DNA of 63,175 nucleotides, filler included, from Basidiobolus ranarum (GCA_040143965.1; 16 parts of 16 records of this genome joined end to end with filler, not necessarily neighbours in it), one strand, 5' to 3'; positions 1 through 12,021 are shown, counted from the first letter of the whole stretch. Notes: generated by a model from the sequence alone, not told the origin. Program-made: numbers and translations.

Positions 1-790
1 ACTAAAGGAGTAAATAATTGAGAAGCATCTGGAAATATTCCTATTGAATATCTTAAAAATCCATAACCTGCTAATTTTAGTAATATTCCTGCTAATATTA
101 CTGAACCTGATACATTTGCTTCAGCATGAGCTTCAGGACATGATGGCAGTTTAATTACCAAAGTAGTATAAGTTATTTGATTGACAAGTGTTTTTCACTT
201 GTTCCTGGTCTGGGGCTAGGAACAACTGCCAAAAAACTGTGGTAAAAATGTAATAAAACCAATAAACACCTGGTTGCTAAGATTGGATTGAACTCTCCAC
301 TTCTCCACAAGCAAACTGCCTCCTTTACTATAGTGCTGTGAGAGGAATAATACTTGTCAATAGCAGAGAGTCAGTAACAAAACCATTGTCTTCTTCTTCA
401 ACTTGTGATATATAACCACTGGTATTGGAATAAGCAACATTAATTTGTAGCAGCATGACCTCAAAGTTGTCTGGACTAACTGGTTTGACCAAAGTTACAT
501 TTCTATCTACATCATTCTGGTCATATTATTGTAGTAGCTCCATGGTACCTGGACTTTTGGCAGTGTTACTGAGACTTTGAGGCAAAGGACAGCCAGTGGA
601 CTCAGTGGGCAAAGCCAAAGTCAAATTAGTGAACTTATTACTGTTGCTATACACCTGCTTTGTGCAGCTGGTGGCTTTGTATAAAGACTGTGCTGGCAAC
701 TACTTTCTAGGAAGCCTCAGGCCTTCATAGCACAAGAATTTTTTACAATAATAGCAGGGCTTTGTTAAATTTTTATGTTGCAGCAGGAGA
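1..790 (-). mobile_element. Internal fragment of the CACTA-like DNA transposon family
   Basis: About 180-700 aligns by eye with 42697-43230, which is contiguous with Tnp2-like transposase remnants; CpG-poor. Confidence 0.6.
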
Positions 791-929
791 AGGATACTTT
801 TGAAAACAAATCATCTCTTATGTAAGGCTGGTAACTAAGGTATTGCCCATCAATATCCGCAGCTGAAGTTTAGATGGTGTCACAGATGAGTCATCAGGGG
901 ATTTACAAGATCTTTCCGGTAATAGATGG

Positions 930-1343
930 CCTATATTCCAAATATAAATATCTCTATATCCATATAACAAATGTTTTATTATCTCACTTATTTATTTTAT
1001 TGTATTACACTATCATCTTAAGCAATTGAGTTACTTTTCTACCATAAAAGTCTCTTTACACTCTGAAGATTAAAGTGGCTAAAACCTAAGTTGCTTCTAA
1101 TATACAAAGTCTATCCCCATTATGTCAAGAGCCTCTAACATGGCAGCAGTGAATAAATTAGTGTCTTCTTTCAAAAAAGTGATTACTAATATTGAAACAT
1201 TTAATGAGCCAGATTTCCTTGAATGGAAACTAAACATACAACTTGTGCTTGAAGGCAAACATATCTGGGAGGTGGTTAAACCAGACAAAGTAGATGAAAC
1301 TTCTGAAGAAGAAATGGATTTCAAAGAAAAAGGAAGTATATAG
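930..1343 (+). mobile_element. Ty1/copia 5' remnant with gag N-terminus
   Basis: ORF 1122-1343 has NIETFNEPDFLEWKLNIQLVLEGKHIWEVV, a copia gag N-terminal pattern; 930-990 matches the reverse complement of 31714-31776. Confidence 0.6.
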
Positions 1344-1349
1344 CAGTTA

Positions 1350-3725
1350 AATTATTTGGGAGCTATTTGCAAGTGATTTGAAGAATTAGAGAAATTGGTG
1401 ATTTTCACTTGTTAAGTTATTAGGTAGAAAGCTGACATTTATAGTTTAATCAAGATGTAGACAAGCTAACAAGTAGAATGTGCTAAGGAAGGTCCTATGA
1501 GCATGTGTGCAAAGTTTGAGGCTTCTAGCACAAGTTTGAAAAACCTATTTTTCTTACAACATCTAAGTTGGTAAATATAGTCCAAGTAAGTTATGATTGA
1601 GAATAATGGATAATATCTTGGTGACTTAATACAAAACTAAGAACTATGCTCTATATTACTATATTGGTGCTCAGGCAATGCAAATTTCAACACTCTCCTT
1701 CAACTACATAGTCAAATAAACCAATCCTGATGAAGGTCTAAATTTCTGAAATTTCTGTGTAGCTAATGGTTTGGTTAATATATCAGCAAATATGTCTTCT
1801 GTAGAACAATAAGTTAAGTCAATAAACTTACTTTGTATAGTCTCTCTAAAGAAGGGATATCTGATATCTACATGTTTGCTTCTATTATGAAACATAGGTT
1901 TCTTAACCAATTTGATACAATTTTGATTATCTTGAAATAATGTAATTAGCAAATTTTGCTAATATCCTACATCTGATGAGAGTTTTCTTAACTATGTTTC
2001 TTCTTTTGTTACATTGCAGGTAGCCATGTGTTCTGTTTCTGTTGCGGAGAGTACTATGGCAGGTTGTTTCTTTGAATTCCAACAAATAGCTCCATTACAG
2101 CAAAGAAATAGGTGTCCTGTTATAGGTCTCCTAGCTTCAATATCTCTTCCACAATTTGCATCTGAATAGCCCATCAAATCAAAGCTTGATCCAGAATGAG
2201 TGTATATTAAGCACAGAGTCACAGTACCTTTCAAATATCTCAAAATCCACCTAACTGCTCTGATCCATTCAGATGCACATTTTTGAAGACATAGGCATAT
2301 AACTCCCACAGAAAATGCAATTTCTGGCTGCATTCAAACCATGAAATATATCAAATAACCAACCAGAGATTGATAAGGAAATATCTGGCTTTCATTTAAA
2401 TCCAAAAATGTTTGATTTGGTTGTTTTGTGGTCAAGTTCAGATTTGCCTCCATTGGAGCAGATACTGGATTACACTCTTCAATTCAAACTTCTTTAGCAT
2501 ACCCAGGTAATACTTTGGCTGGTTTAAAATCAATATTTTGATACCTGGTCTATCTTAATTGGGATTCTAAGCTTTGGTTGTCCCCAAAGTCATCAAGCCA
2601 TGGGAGGCTATAGTAAGTTCATCTACATATAAGGCTGATAAAAATGGGTTTACCTCATCTGGCCTGAAGTAGGTACTTTAGTTAGTATTACTCTTTTGGA
2701 ATTTGAGTGTGTCAAAAAAGTATTTATCTTGCTATTCCAAGCTGTTGGAGATTGTTTTACGCCATAGAGTGTTTTCTGGAGTCTCCAAGCTTTTTTAGGG
2801 TTTTATGGGTCCACAAATCCATCTGGCTAGTCAATATAGATCTCCTCAGCAAGCCTACCATTCAAAGAAGCACTTTTAACATCCATTGGATATATAGTAA
2901 ACTGATATTTGGCTGAAACTGCTAAAATCAATCCTATTTAATTAAACCTTGATACAGGAGCAAAAATTTGTATATAGTCTATTCCTGATGTTTGAGATTA
3001 GCCTTTGGCTACTAGTCTAGCCTTATACCTTTCTATACTTCCATCAGAATTGTATCTAACATTACAACCCAATGGCAGCCAATTAATTATCTATAATTAG
3101 CATAATTAAGACTTCAGATTTTGGTTAAAGAATATATACTTAGGTATGTCTTGTTTTGTCATTAATAGAGGTCATAAAGTACCTTTTGCCATCTATGGAG
3201 TAGTTTTTCATGTATCTGACTAGGTCAGAATGAAGACAGTTAAATTATGAGTGGACAAGATCTTTCTCAAGCTTGAAACTAGCAGACTGCAATGTTTTCT
3301 GTACTTCACCGTCACATAGACTTAATTTGGCAATATTACAAATATTGAGCATGAAATAAGGTGATATTTAAGCATTTAGAATAGTCTTTTCTTTTTTATG
3401 CCACAGTTGACAGATTATTTCACAGGTCTTGGCCAACTATGCATGTCCAAATGTAAATTTTTGATTTCTAGCTTATATAAGTTTTCAGTTTTGATTCAAG
3501 TAGTTTGTTTGGTATTATTCTGCTTTGTAATAGTGCATCCAGCTTGGCTGAGCACAAAACTTAGTTGTTGGGATGTTACTTAGCTTACTGGGAGTAGTTT
3601 CACAGCTATGTTTAGGTACCCACTGTACAACATCCAATTTGCAGATGGTATAGCTAATTTTTGGCTTAAATTGAGCACAACTGTGACCTTACCAACTGCA
3701 CTTAGTATGTAGTCATCTCCCAGTA
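1350..3725 (-). mobile_element. Degenerate Ty1/copia element: integrase, RT and RNase H remnants, PPT and 3' LTR (family A, from 1692 leftwards)
   Basis: Motifs KARLVAKG, GYSDAN, WNSKKQ, RSKHVDIRY, ADILTKPL; PPT AGTTGAAGGAGAG followed by TGTTGAAAT; LTR homologous to 10566-10913 and 32303-32650. Confidence 0.9.
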
Positions 3726-3871
3726 CCCTAACAAAAATAAAATCAATTTGCTCTGGATTGGATCGACCCTCCAAAATAGCAAAACCATCTGCGAACCATC
3801 ACAATATTGTTGGCTTGCATTCTGCCAGGGATTTTGATGGTGTGATGGTGGTTTCTTGACTGTATCTTAAC
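3726..3871. mobile_element. CCCTAACAAAA terminus of the CACTA-like transposon
   Basis: The same terminal sequence recurs at 11619, 25438 (rc), 26017 (rc), 41256 and 49447, each time starting abruptly at CCC. Confidence 0.8.
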
Positions 3872-3971
3872 NNNNNNNNNNNNNNNNNNNNNNNNNNNNN
3901 NNNNNNNNNNNNNNNTTAATTAATTAANNNNNNNNNNNNNNNNNNNNNNNNNNNNNNNNNNNNNNNNNNNN
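3872..3971. other. Artificial contig linker (first of 15; others at 7842-7941, 11811-11910, 15778-15877, 19741-19840, 23703-23802, 27659-27758, 31614-31713, 35565-35664, 39515-39614, 43465-43564, 47414-47513, 51358-51457, 55300-55399, 59239-59338)
   Basis: Identical 100-bp N44-TTAATTAATTAA-N44 spacer with stops in all six frames; intervening segment lengths never increase, running from 3871 down to 3837 bp. Confidence 0.98.
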
Positions 3972-5018
3972 AGCTGTGGTGCGGGCGCATGGTTATAGAT
4001 CCTATTCTTAACCTGCCAACTTTTCTCTCAATTCCAAATGCAATGGCATGCCATTTACAGACTTCTATATCTACTGTAGAGCTTACTGAACGTAGAGAAT
4101 CTAGGCATCATATATGTTGTTAGTTTAAGGTTTCTCTTTAGCAAACCATCCAATCTTACCGCGAACTTAGCGGGTATAGACCAATCAGGTATCGCACTAA
4201 GGATTATGGCTTAGCGCTAAGGTAATCTACCTCGATTAATAACTGTCAGATCCCAATCATAAAGCGATGGATCCTCGGTAAGCGGAAATTGCTGACCAAT
4301 AGGGAATATAGAAGGATTGCTAATAATAAGAAAGTTTCCCGATTCATCTACGCTCATCGACCAAATCTCCTGAATTTTTTCATTCAAAACAAAGCACAAA
4401 ATATCGCCTATTTAGTCAATCAAGGTCCGTCGTATACTATTTAGCCGCATTTGTGTTTCATATATTATCCCTGACCAGTGTACTGCTGAGGGATATTTAT
4501 ATCCTAATGGAAATATGTAGAGATGCTCAAGTAGCTGGCCACGCTCATTGCCCACAAAAAAACCCGTATGGAATGATTCCGCATTCTAAATATCGAACCG
4601 AGTTCTCTTGTGCATTCCAAACTGGCCCTTTTCAATAGTCGGTGCTGGCATCTGGATCTATTGCTGTGAATCTCAAAGGAGTAACGGCGATTCACTTCAG
4701 ATATGGCTTCATTTATAGATGTACCCAACTGATATCTGTCTCATAACGGAAGGTCACTGAACAAAAATAATCTTCAAGAGCCAGATCAATGGACCAGATA
4801 TTTAAGAATTTAGTGCTATCAATGAGCAGTTTGCATTTATTGTACTGATTACATCAAACTCTGGATTCTTCGAAAGGCTGTCTTCAAAGTATGGTTAGAT
4901 AGAGTAAATTACTTGAGTAACGACTGTGTTAGATGAAGTAAGATTGAGAAATAATATTGCCGAACTCTTCACCCCCTTCTTCTCCTACATATGTGGATCC
5001 CAAGTGTGGTTCGTAGGA

Positions 5019-5587
5019 TTAGTGATCGAGCAGATAAGATAGACAGAATATACCCAAAGCCAGGTTGAAGGCGGATATGGAAACAACATTGCCGAAGGAT
5101 TTCTTTGCAGTTGTCGCTACTTCAGTAGGCTTCGTGGTAGCTACTTTTACTGGTGCTGGGGGAGCTACGGTTTTCTCAGGTAATGCTGGATTCTTAATCT
5201 CGAAATAACTTCCATAGTATGCCTCGTCTCTTTTACCTGACATTTTGATTACATATCTGCCGGACTCTAGATCCTCAGGAACATCCCAAGTGTACGAGTG
5301 ATTTCCGGAACCCACGTCTCTTGCAATTTTACTAGCTGCTTTAAATTGCGAAGAACTACCGGTCATTAAGTCTAGATTAACCGTTTTGGTAGTGTTCTTA
5401 GGTTCACCCTCCCTTAATAATAATAATAAATTAGTGCCACGTAGTAATCAGTAATGGGTCCCCACTCTTACCATTTGATCTCTATACTAGAACCTGCATC
5501 GACAGCGTTATTTCCGGGTGCGTAAATAGCAATGTCAGCGTAGGTATATACAGCCAGAGAGACAAATAGAACAATGGAGAATTTCAT
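5019..5587 (-). CDS. Ser/Thr-rich GPI-anchored cell-wall protein with Kre9/Knh1-like N-terminal domain (~169 aa; exons 5587-5472 and 5412-5019)
   Basis: Signal peptide MKFSIVLFVSLAVYTYA; 59-nt GT-AG intron with ACTAAT branch site restores the frame; motif IEIKW..VNLDLMTG..SYTWDVP..GRYVI..YGSYFEI; P/T/A-rich stalk; hydrophobic C-terminus. Confidence 0.85.
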
Positions 5588-5973
5588 GTTAATGTATGTA
5601 GAGAAGCTTGATTGCTTTAATACTTTCCGTTGGATTCTCACCAGCTTATATATTTGGGAGGGAATTTATTAGACTTGCAGAAGAAATGATGTAGTTGCAA
5701 GTAGCATCGTTCACTTCGAAAGGCTATTAGATAACCTTTTTCTTCTACACATATTTCTACTAATTTATCAGAGATCAATATAGTGAGAAGTCTTGATTTC
5801 TACGACATCATATTGATTGGGTCGTGGATTTGATCAAGAAATAAAAACAAAATACAAAGTTCACTTTAAAAATTGGTTTAGATGAAAATCCTCTTCCTAA
5901 TCACGAGGTGTGAGGATACTTAAATAGATGAAACTTAAATAAATGCTGGCCATTTGAGGGGTATTTAAGTCAT

Positions 5974-6492
5974 TCAATAAAGGTATGCGAACAAGGCTAG
6001 AGACATAATCATGAAGAGACCTTGAGAGTTGGCATACTTTGTATTACCGGCGTTGCGCCCAGTATTAGAGTTGCTCATATTATTCTGACTTTGACCACTG
6101 TTTCCGCTATTAGAGCTTGACGTGGAGCTTCCGCTGTTCGTGGTGCTAGATGTGCCTTGCTCAACATTTAATCCAACGGCAGTGCAAGATTGTCGTAGAC
6201 CATCTAGGGCGGTCTGATCGGGCACAGCATTGGAGTTCATCGATTTGGCGGAACATGTACCACAGGCAGTGAATGTACTGAAGTACTGCTTCGTACACAT
6301 GCATTCTTTCATTGCAAGGGTTCCGGCGCTGGAGCTAGAATCAGCACTGGACATTTTCTCTTTACACCCTGGAGCTAACGCAGCAAAGCAAGTACGGCAT
6401 TCGGCAATATCCAAAATTTGGACCGCTGTAACGTCAATAACGTGTATTGCTAATACAAGAATTGAAAGAAGAATGCCAATATATCTGAACAT
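5974..6492 (-). CDS. Secreted/GPI-type Cys-rich surface protein (172 aa, 8 Cys, S/N/T-rich stalk)
   Basis: Signal peptide MFRYIGILLSILVLAIHV; eight Cys in the N-terminal domain (CFEM-like layout, not confirmed); hydrophobic C-terminal tail. Confidence 0.75.
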   Translation of the reverse strand: MFRYIGILLSILVLAIHVIDVTAVQILDIAECRTCFAALAPGCKEKMSSADSSSSAGTLAMKECMCTKQYFSTFTACGTCSAKSMNSNAVPDQTALDGLRQSCTAVGLNVEQGTSSTTNSGSSTSSSNSGNSGQSQNNMSNSNTGRNAGNTKYANSQGLFMIMSLALFAYLY

Positions 6493-7260
6493 CTTGTAAG
6501 TTGAATAAAGAGTGAAGATCAAAGTAATTGAACGATCTCGTTGATAATTTAAGATGTCGGATTCGAGTTAGTGAAGGCAAGAAATGAAGATGAAAACTTA
6601 AAGTAGCGATAGAACTCTTTTAAGAGGTTTTTAGATGAAGATTGCTCACGTGGATTTGCATATATTGCCGTTATTGAAGGTGCAGGTTCCCTGATTCTTG
6701 CACATTGAGGCCATAAAATTCAAATACCATATGGCTAATGCAGGAACAACCTGTACAAACGCATCATTTGGTACATATTTAAGCTTAAGTGAGACATAAT
6801 TTGACTGCATGTTCATTTATTGAAATTTGTGCAAATCAGGTGAGAGCCAACTGACGGTTTTATTAGCCATATGTTGCCACTGTAACATGATTTAGGGGAT
6901 GCAAATTTTAGCGCTTCTAGCGGCATTATCCAAATGTATATGTTGAATTAATAGGCTTGTGGAAGTGAAAGTCTTCTTTAAAACATCGATGATTGTTGTT
7001 GCACTCGGGTCGTGCATGCTATCTGTATTCGCACACTTTAGAGTATCTTTTAGGAGTTTTATTCAGTAATATATTTTGCATGCAGTAACTTCTTGATAAG
7101 AAATAGGTAGGGATTATAGCTGAGTGTGACATGGATAGTTTAAGGAGTATTGCTGCTGCTGGTATTTGGTTCAGGATCTTGGTATTTTCTAATTGAATAT
7201 AGGTGGGTATATCATTTGCATAACCAACTCGAGCTATCATAGCGCGAATTATTCTATGCT

Positions 7261-7841
7261 TTAAGCATTTTCTTTTGCACGAGGAGCGTCTGTAGTTCGG
7301 AAGATACCCCATAAGCCGTCAAGAATATTGGTAAACATAACACCATCTCGATATGCCCAGTCCCCAGTGTATGAGCTGGCGTAAAAAGTATCACTTTGTG
7401 TAGATCCTGGTGTAATGGCATTGTTTACCGACGTAAACTCACGTCCAGGTCGAGCACTTTGTGATAGCCATCCATGGCCATGTAGATGGAAAGTTACGGC
7501 CCTTGGTTTATCCAAGCCACCTACAATTCGAAAACGCTGTAGTACATTGGAATGGGCATTGTAGATTCGAGTAGCCGGATGATCAGTACGTAACCAATCA
7601 GGCTCACTAGCTGGATGATTCCGATAATTATAGGCCTTTTGGCCTTGATCTTCGAAGTCCACGAACACAAAGCCAGTCTTTGGATCAATATTAGGGGGCG
7701 CTTCACCATTTTCATCCCCATTGTCAATAACATCATTATCGACCCCAAGATCCGGTATTGGTTTGTCTAGGTTGCCATGATCGAAAAGCCGCAATCCCCT
7801 CAGGATAATCAATACTTTATCATGATAAATTATCGACCGCG
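7261..7841 (-). CDS. C-terminal cupredoxin domain of a large MnxG-like multicopper oxidase (5' end truncated by the contig edge)
   Basis: Frame is open to the contig edge; motifs GLRLFD, DFEDQGQKAYNYR, DKPRAVTFHLHGHGW, GDWAYRDG, GLWGIFR match my recollection of the last domain of Bacillus MnxG-type oxidases; no intron in 580 bp. Confidence 0.7.
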
Positions 7842-7941
7842 NNNNNNNNNNNNNNNNNNNNNNNNNNNNNNNNNNNNNNNNNNNNTTAATTAATTAANNN
7901 NNNNNNNNNNNNNNNNNNNNNNNNNNNNNNNNNNNNNNNNN

Positions 7942-8052
7942 AGTAACATTGACAACGGTCTTAGCGGCTTTACGGGAGGAGCCAGAGATAGCAACAGACT
8001 GCTTCTTGGTGCTGAGGATAACACCCTTGCCAGAGGGGTTGGCAGAAATACC
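7942..8052 (-). pseudogene. RPL28: Fragment or exon of 60S ribosomal protein eL28
   Basis: Translates as GISANPSGKGVILSTKKQSVAISGSSRKAAKTVVNVT with highly expressed-type codons; preceded by TATAG (possible acceptor) directly after copia RNase H sequence. Confidence 0.6.
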
Positions 8053-10210
8053 CTATATAAATCAACTTGTGCTTTAGCTGCAGGTTTAGTTGAGATGGCA
8101 GGAATTATTACTTCTTAGGGCAATAGACAAGTTCAAATATATATTTTCTATTACTTCTCTAACAAAATGATGCTTAATATCTATATGTTTGTTCTAGCAT
8201 GAAATGTTGGGTTTTCAGCTAATAAAATACAACTTGCATTATCCTCAAATACAGTAATAGCACTTTCTTGCATGTATTCTAAGTCTGTAAAGAACTTTCT
8301 TAACCACATAGCTTTGTGTGTAGTAGCAGAGGCAGCTATTTACTCAGCTTCTGTGATGGAAAGTGCTATGGATGGTTACTTCTTACTTTTCCAAGTTTTG
8401 GCTCCATTACTGTAGGGAAAGATGTACCCAGTTGTTGTTCTTCTATTGGCTTGGTTTCTTTCCCAGTATGCATTGCTGTAGCCTTCAAAATTTGTCAGTA
8501 AGTGGAGTGAACGGGCAGCTTCCGCTGCCCGGGACATATCTGAAGAGAGAATGCTGACATGAGTAACTTGAAAGCAGTTAAAAAACTGCTCGCCGAAAAT
8601 TCAAGGGCTGGGTAGCAACGTTAAACGGCTACCTTGTAAGTAACGGCCTCTCAGTCAAGAATGCATCAGCAACACATACTAAGAACAATGTCTGGACATG
8701 TTCAAACCATTGGATATCTTAGACTACCCACCATAGATTGATAAGGGCCCTCCTGGCTCTGATTTTAGTCATTTTGAGCTAAATCAGATGAAATTTTGAT
8801 TAATTTCAATATTGTGATCCATTAGTGTTGATACCAGCTTGCTATTCTCCATGTTGAAGCATTTTAGGATATTTGGGATGTATCCAGACTGATTCAGCTT
8901 GATTTTCTGATTGGTTTTATCTCTCTTGATATGGATTCCAAGAAACTAACTTAGTTCACCCATATCAGTGATCTGTTCTTGGTTTGCTAAGCTGCTTTTT
9001 GTCTGATTAAGTGCTTCTGTAATCTGCTGTGCATTTTTAGAACTTTAGGGAGTCCCAATATGTATCTATCTTGTTGTACCATGTCCTGGGTGCTTGCTTG
9101 AGTCCATATAGCAATTTTTGCAGTTTACAGATCATATCCAGGTGTTTTTGGTCTACCAATGCATCTGGTTGCTTTATATAGATCTCTTGCTCTAGATTTC
9201 CATTCAGACAGACTGCTTCTACATCAATTTGATGTAAATCAAGGTTATGGATGGCTGAGAGTGCAAGGATTGATTTAATGGAGCTAAACTTGGCTACTGG
9301 AACAATAGTTTCATCAAAATCAACTTCTGGTGTCTGGGATTGACCTTTTGCACCTAATCTTGCTCTGTATCTTTCTATAGCTCCATCAGCTTGTATCTGA
9401 CTTTATAAACCTATTTGCCACTTATTAGTTGTCTTCCAGATGGTAGAGGACTTAAAACCATTATTTTATTGTACTGAAGTGAAGAAAACTCATCAGACTT
9501 TGCTTTTTCCCATAATTTTAATTCTGGGCTTTCCAGAGCTTGACCTAGAATCTGTGGCTTGTCACAGAATGCTGCCTAAGCATAGACATTGTCACTGGAA
9601 GCATTGCACTAGTTTCCTGGCTTATTTCTCTATCTCTGCTGTAATTGGGACTGGAATTATAGTTGAATAGGGCTCAGATACAGCTGGAATTTTGTCAGAT
9701 ACTTCCTGAAGAGTGCTGATTGTGTTTTCCGGATCAAGAACCATGGTTTGAGGTGCAAATTTGCTTTTTCATCAAAAATCACTTCTCTGCACTTAATTAA
9801 CTTCTAATTTTTGGTATTAAAAGTCAGTTGGACTTAGAGCAATCACAGTGACCAAGATATATGCATTTTCTGCATTTGGGTTCCGTTTTAGATGATTTTA
9901 GAGCTGGAATTAGGCAAGATGCTATGCATCCAAAGATCCTGAGATGATCCACACTTGGTTTTGATATATATAGGGCCTGAAATGGGGTAGAATTTTGTAG
10001 CATTATTGCTTGGCATCTGCTTTTAATGTAGACTGCAGTGGAGACAGATCTAGCCAAATATTGGTAATCTAACTGTTGATTATGTAACATTGATATTGCC
10101 ATCTCCCCTACGGTTCTGTTAGCATGTTCTGCAACTCCATTTTGCTGTGGAGTATATGAGTCAGGGCAAAATTCTGAGTGGATTGGATCTCTCCTGATCT
10201 TGAAAATCAC
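8053..10210 (-). mobile_element. Degenerate Ty1/copia pol (integrase, RT, RNase H)
   Basis: YTPQQNGVAE, HLRIFGC, RARLGAKG, YQSMVGSL, KHIDIKHHFVRE motifs; many stops and frameshifts. Confidence 0.9.
8495..8655 (+). rRNA. rnl: Non-functional fragment of mitochondrial/bacterial-type LSU rRNA (probable NUMT)
   Basis: GAAGAGAGAATGCTGACATGAGTAAC..CTCGCCGAAAATTCAAGGG..CAACGTTAA resembles 23S rRNA around E. coli positions ~1200-1350; perfect 8-bp stem CGGGCAGC-TTCC-GCTGCCCG at 8512-8531. Confidence 0.75.
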
Positions 10211-10565
10211 TATCTGTGAAGTTGTCCATACATGTTACCTTCATGTCGAAAGATGAATAATTCTAGCAGTTGGCCTTGGTTGCTGTGGTTGATAGTACAA
10301 ATTATACTGGTATGTGTGTCTAGTAGGACACTACTAGGGTTAACTCTTCCACATATGTAAAAAACTCACTGGTTGGTTTGGTTAAATCAGGTAAATTGCA
10401 TGCAATGATGAATGAAAATGTGGGCTGTTCTCTTTGCAGTTGTACATAAAAAATGGAAGAAACAATAAGAACTCTGCCAAGCTAGTGTTGCTATTGATAT
10501 GTACCTGGCAGCCTTCCATAAAAGGTCATGGTGGAAACACACTATTTGTGGGATGCTATGATGGG

Positions 10566-11335
10566 TGTTGAAATTAGCATTGCCTCAACACCAATATGGT
10601 CATATATAGCTTAGTACTTAGTTATCTTATAAGTCACTTGGTTATTATACATTATTCTCAATTGGAATTTACTTGGAGTATTTTTACCAACTTAGAAGCT
10701 TTTAGATATTTAGAATTTTGAAACTTGTGCTTGAAGCCCCAAACTTTGCACCCATGTTCCTGGGACCTTCCTTGACACATTCTGCATGTTAGTTTGTTTA
10801 CATCTTGACAAAACTATAAATGTCAACTTTCTACTCAATAAAGCAATAAGTGAAAGCCACCAAGTTCTCTTATTGTCCAAACCACTTCCAACAGGATCAC
10901 ATATACTTTAACAGGTTATGAGCCCCAAGCTTGCACTCTCTGTAATGTCTACTTCTCAAATTTATAGAACTTTTCCCTCTTCTGAACAATTGGATGGAAC
11001 CAATTATCAAGTTTGAAAAATGAAAATCAAACTGCTGCTGCAAGAAAAAGGGCTTTGGGACACTGTTGTAGGTGAAGAAAACAATGAAAAACTCTCTGAA
11101 ACAAAGTTTTACTCCAGGTTAAAATAGAACAAAGTGCCTTTATCACAATTTGCTTCAATGTTAAGGATAAATTGCTAATTCAATGCTCAAGAGCTAAAGC
11201 TGCCAAGAAGGTATGGAAAGCCTTAGAAGACATCTACCAAACATGTTCTGCTGCCAACTAGATGTTTCTAAGCAGACAATTCTTTAACTTAAAGATGAAG
11301 CTAGGAGAAGACTTTAAATCACTTATTAATAGCTC
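10566..11335 (+). mobile_element. Ty1/copia 5' LTR (10566-10913), PBS (10914-10925) and gag remnant
   Basis: TG...CA LTR of family A; PBS GGTTATGAGCCC; gag from 10945 reads LDGTNYQV*KMKIKLLLQEKGLWD. Confidence 0.85.
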
Positions 11336-11339
11336 AAGC

Positions 11340-11618
11340 ACATTCCATGAAGACATCTGTAAACTTCAATCTGAAGACCCATTGGTAATATTAATCAAGA
11401 AAGCCCAGGATACACCCAAAGGCCTCTTGAGCTTGAACATGTACTGCCATTTCTCTGTCATCAAAGATCTCTTGTTTTATAAGAAGCCCCTTTATATTCC
11501 AGATCACACTTCCAGACTCAAAATTGTGCAGGAAAGACATGACACACCACTTCCAGGACACTTTGGTATTGCCAAATAATATATGTTGGCATCCAGGGAT
11601 TATTGATGGCCCAAAATA
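11340..11618 (+). mobile_element. Ty3/gypsy integrase zinc-binding (H2C2) remnant
   Basis: LLFYKKPLYIP..RLKIVQERHDTPLPGHFGIAK. Confidence 0.75.
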
Positions 11619-11810
11619 CCCTAACAAAAATAAATTGATTTGATCCGGATTGGATCCACCCTCCAAAATAGCAAAACCGTCAGAGAACCGTCACAATATT
11701 GCTGGCTTGCATTCTGCCAGGGATTTTAATGGTGTGACAACAGTTTCTTGATGGTATCTTAACGGTATTCATACATGTGAAAATATTGATCCTCAAATTT
11801 GGCAGGCGTT
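11619..11810. mobile_element. CCCTAACAAAA terminus of the CACTA-like transposon
   Basis: Homologous to 3726-3871 and 49447-49635; interrupts the gypsy integrase remnant. Confidence 0.8.
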
Positions 11811-11910
11811 NNNNNNNNNNNNNNNNNNNNNNNNNNNNNNNNNNNNNNNNNNNNTTAATTAATTAANNNNNNNNNNNNNNNNNNNNNNNNNNNNNNNNNN
11901 NNNNNNNNNN

Positions 11911-12021
11911 GGTGCGCCAGTTGTCAACGCTGAATTTCTTGAATAGAGTATTGAAAAATTTCAGGAAATCAGGATTGTCAACAATGACGTCACCATCTCC
12001 GAAGCAATGTCCCTTGCGCCA
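11911..12021. repeat. 111-bp exact terminal direct repeat of contig 4 (second copy 15667-15777)
   Basis: GGTGCGCCAGTTG...CCTTGCGCCA is identical at both contig ends. Confidence 0.95.

Noticed and set aside
3972-4900. Possible spliced gene on the - strand (short ORFs 4217-4399 and 4504-4728)
   Set aside because: I could not build a consistent exon chain or recognise a domain
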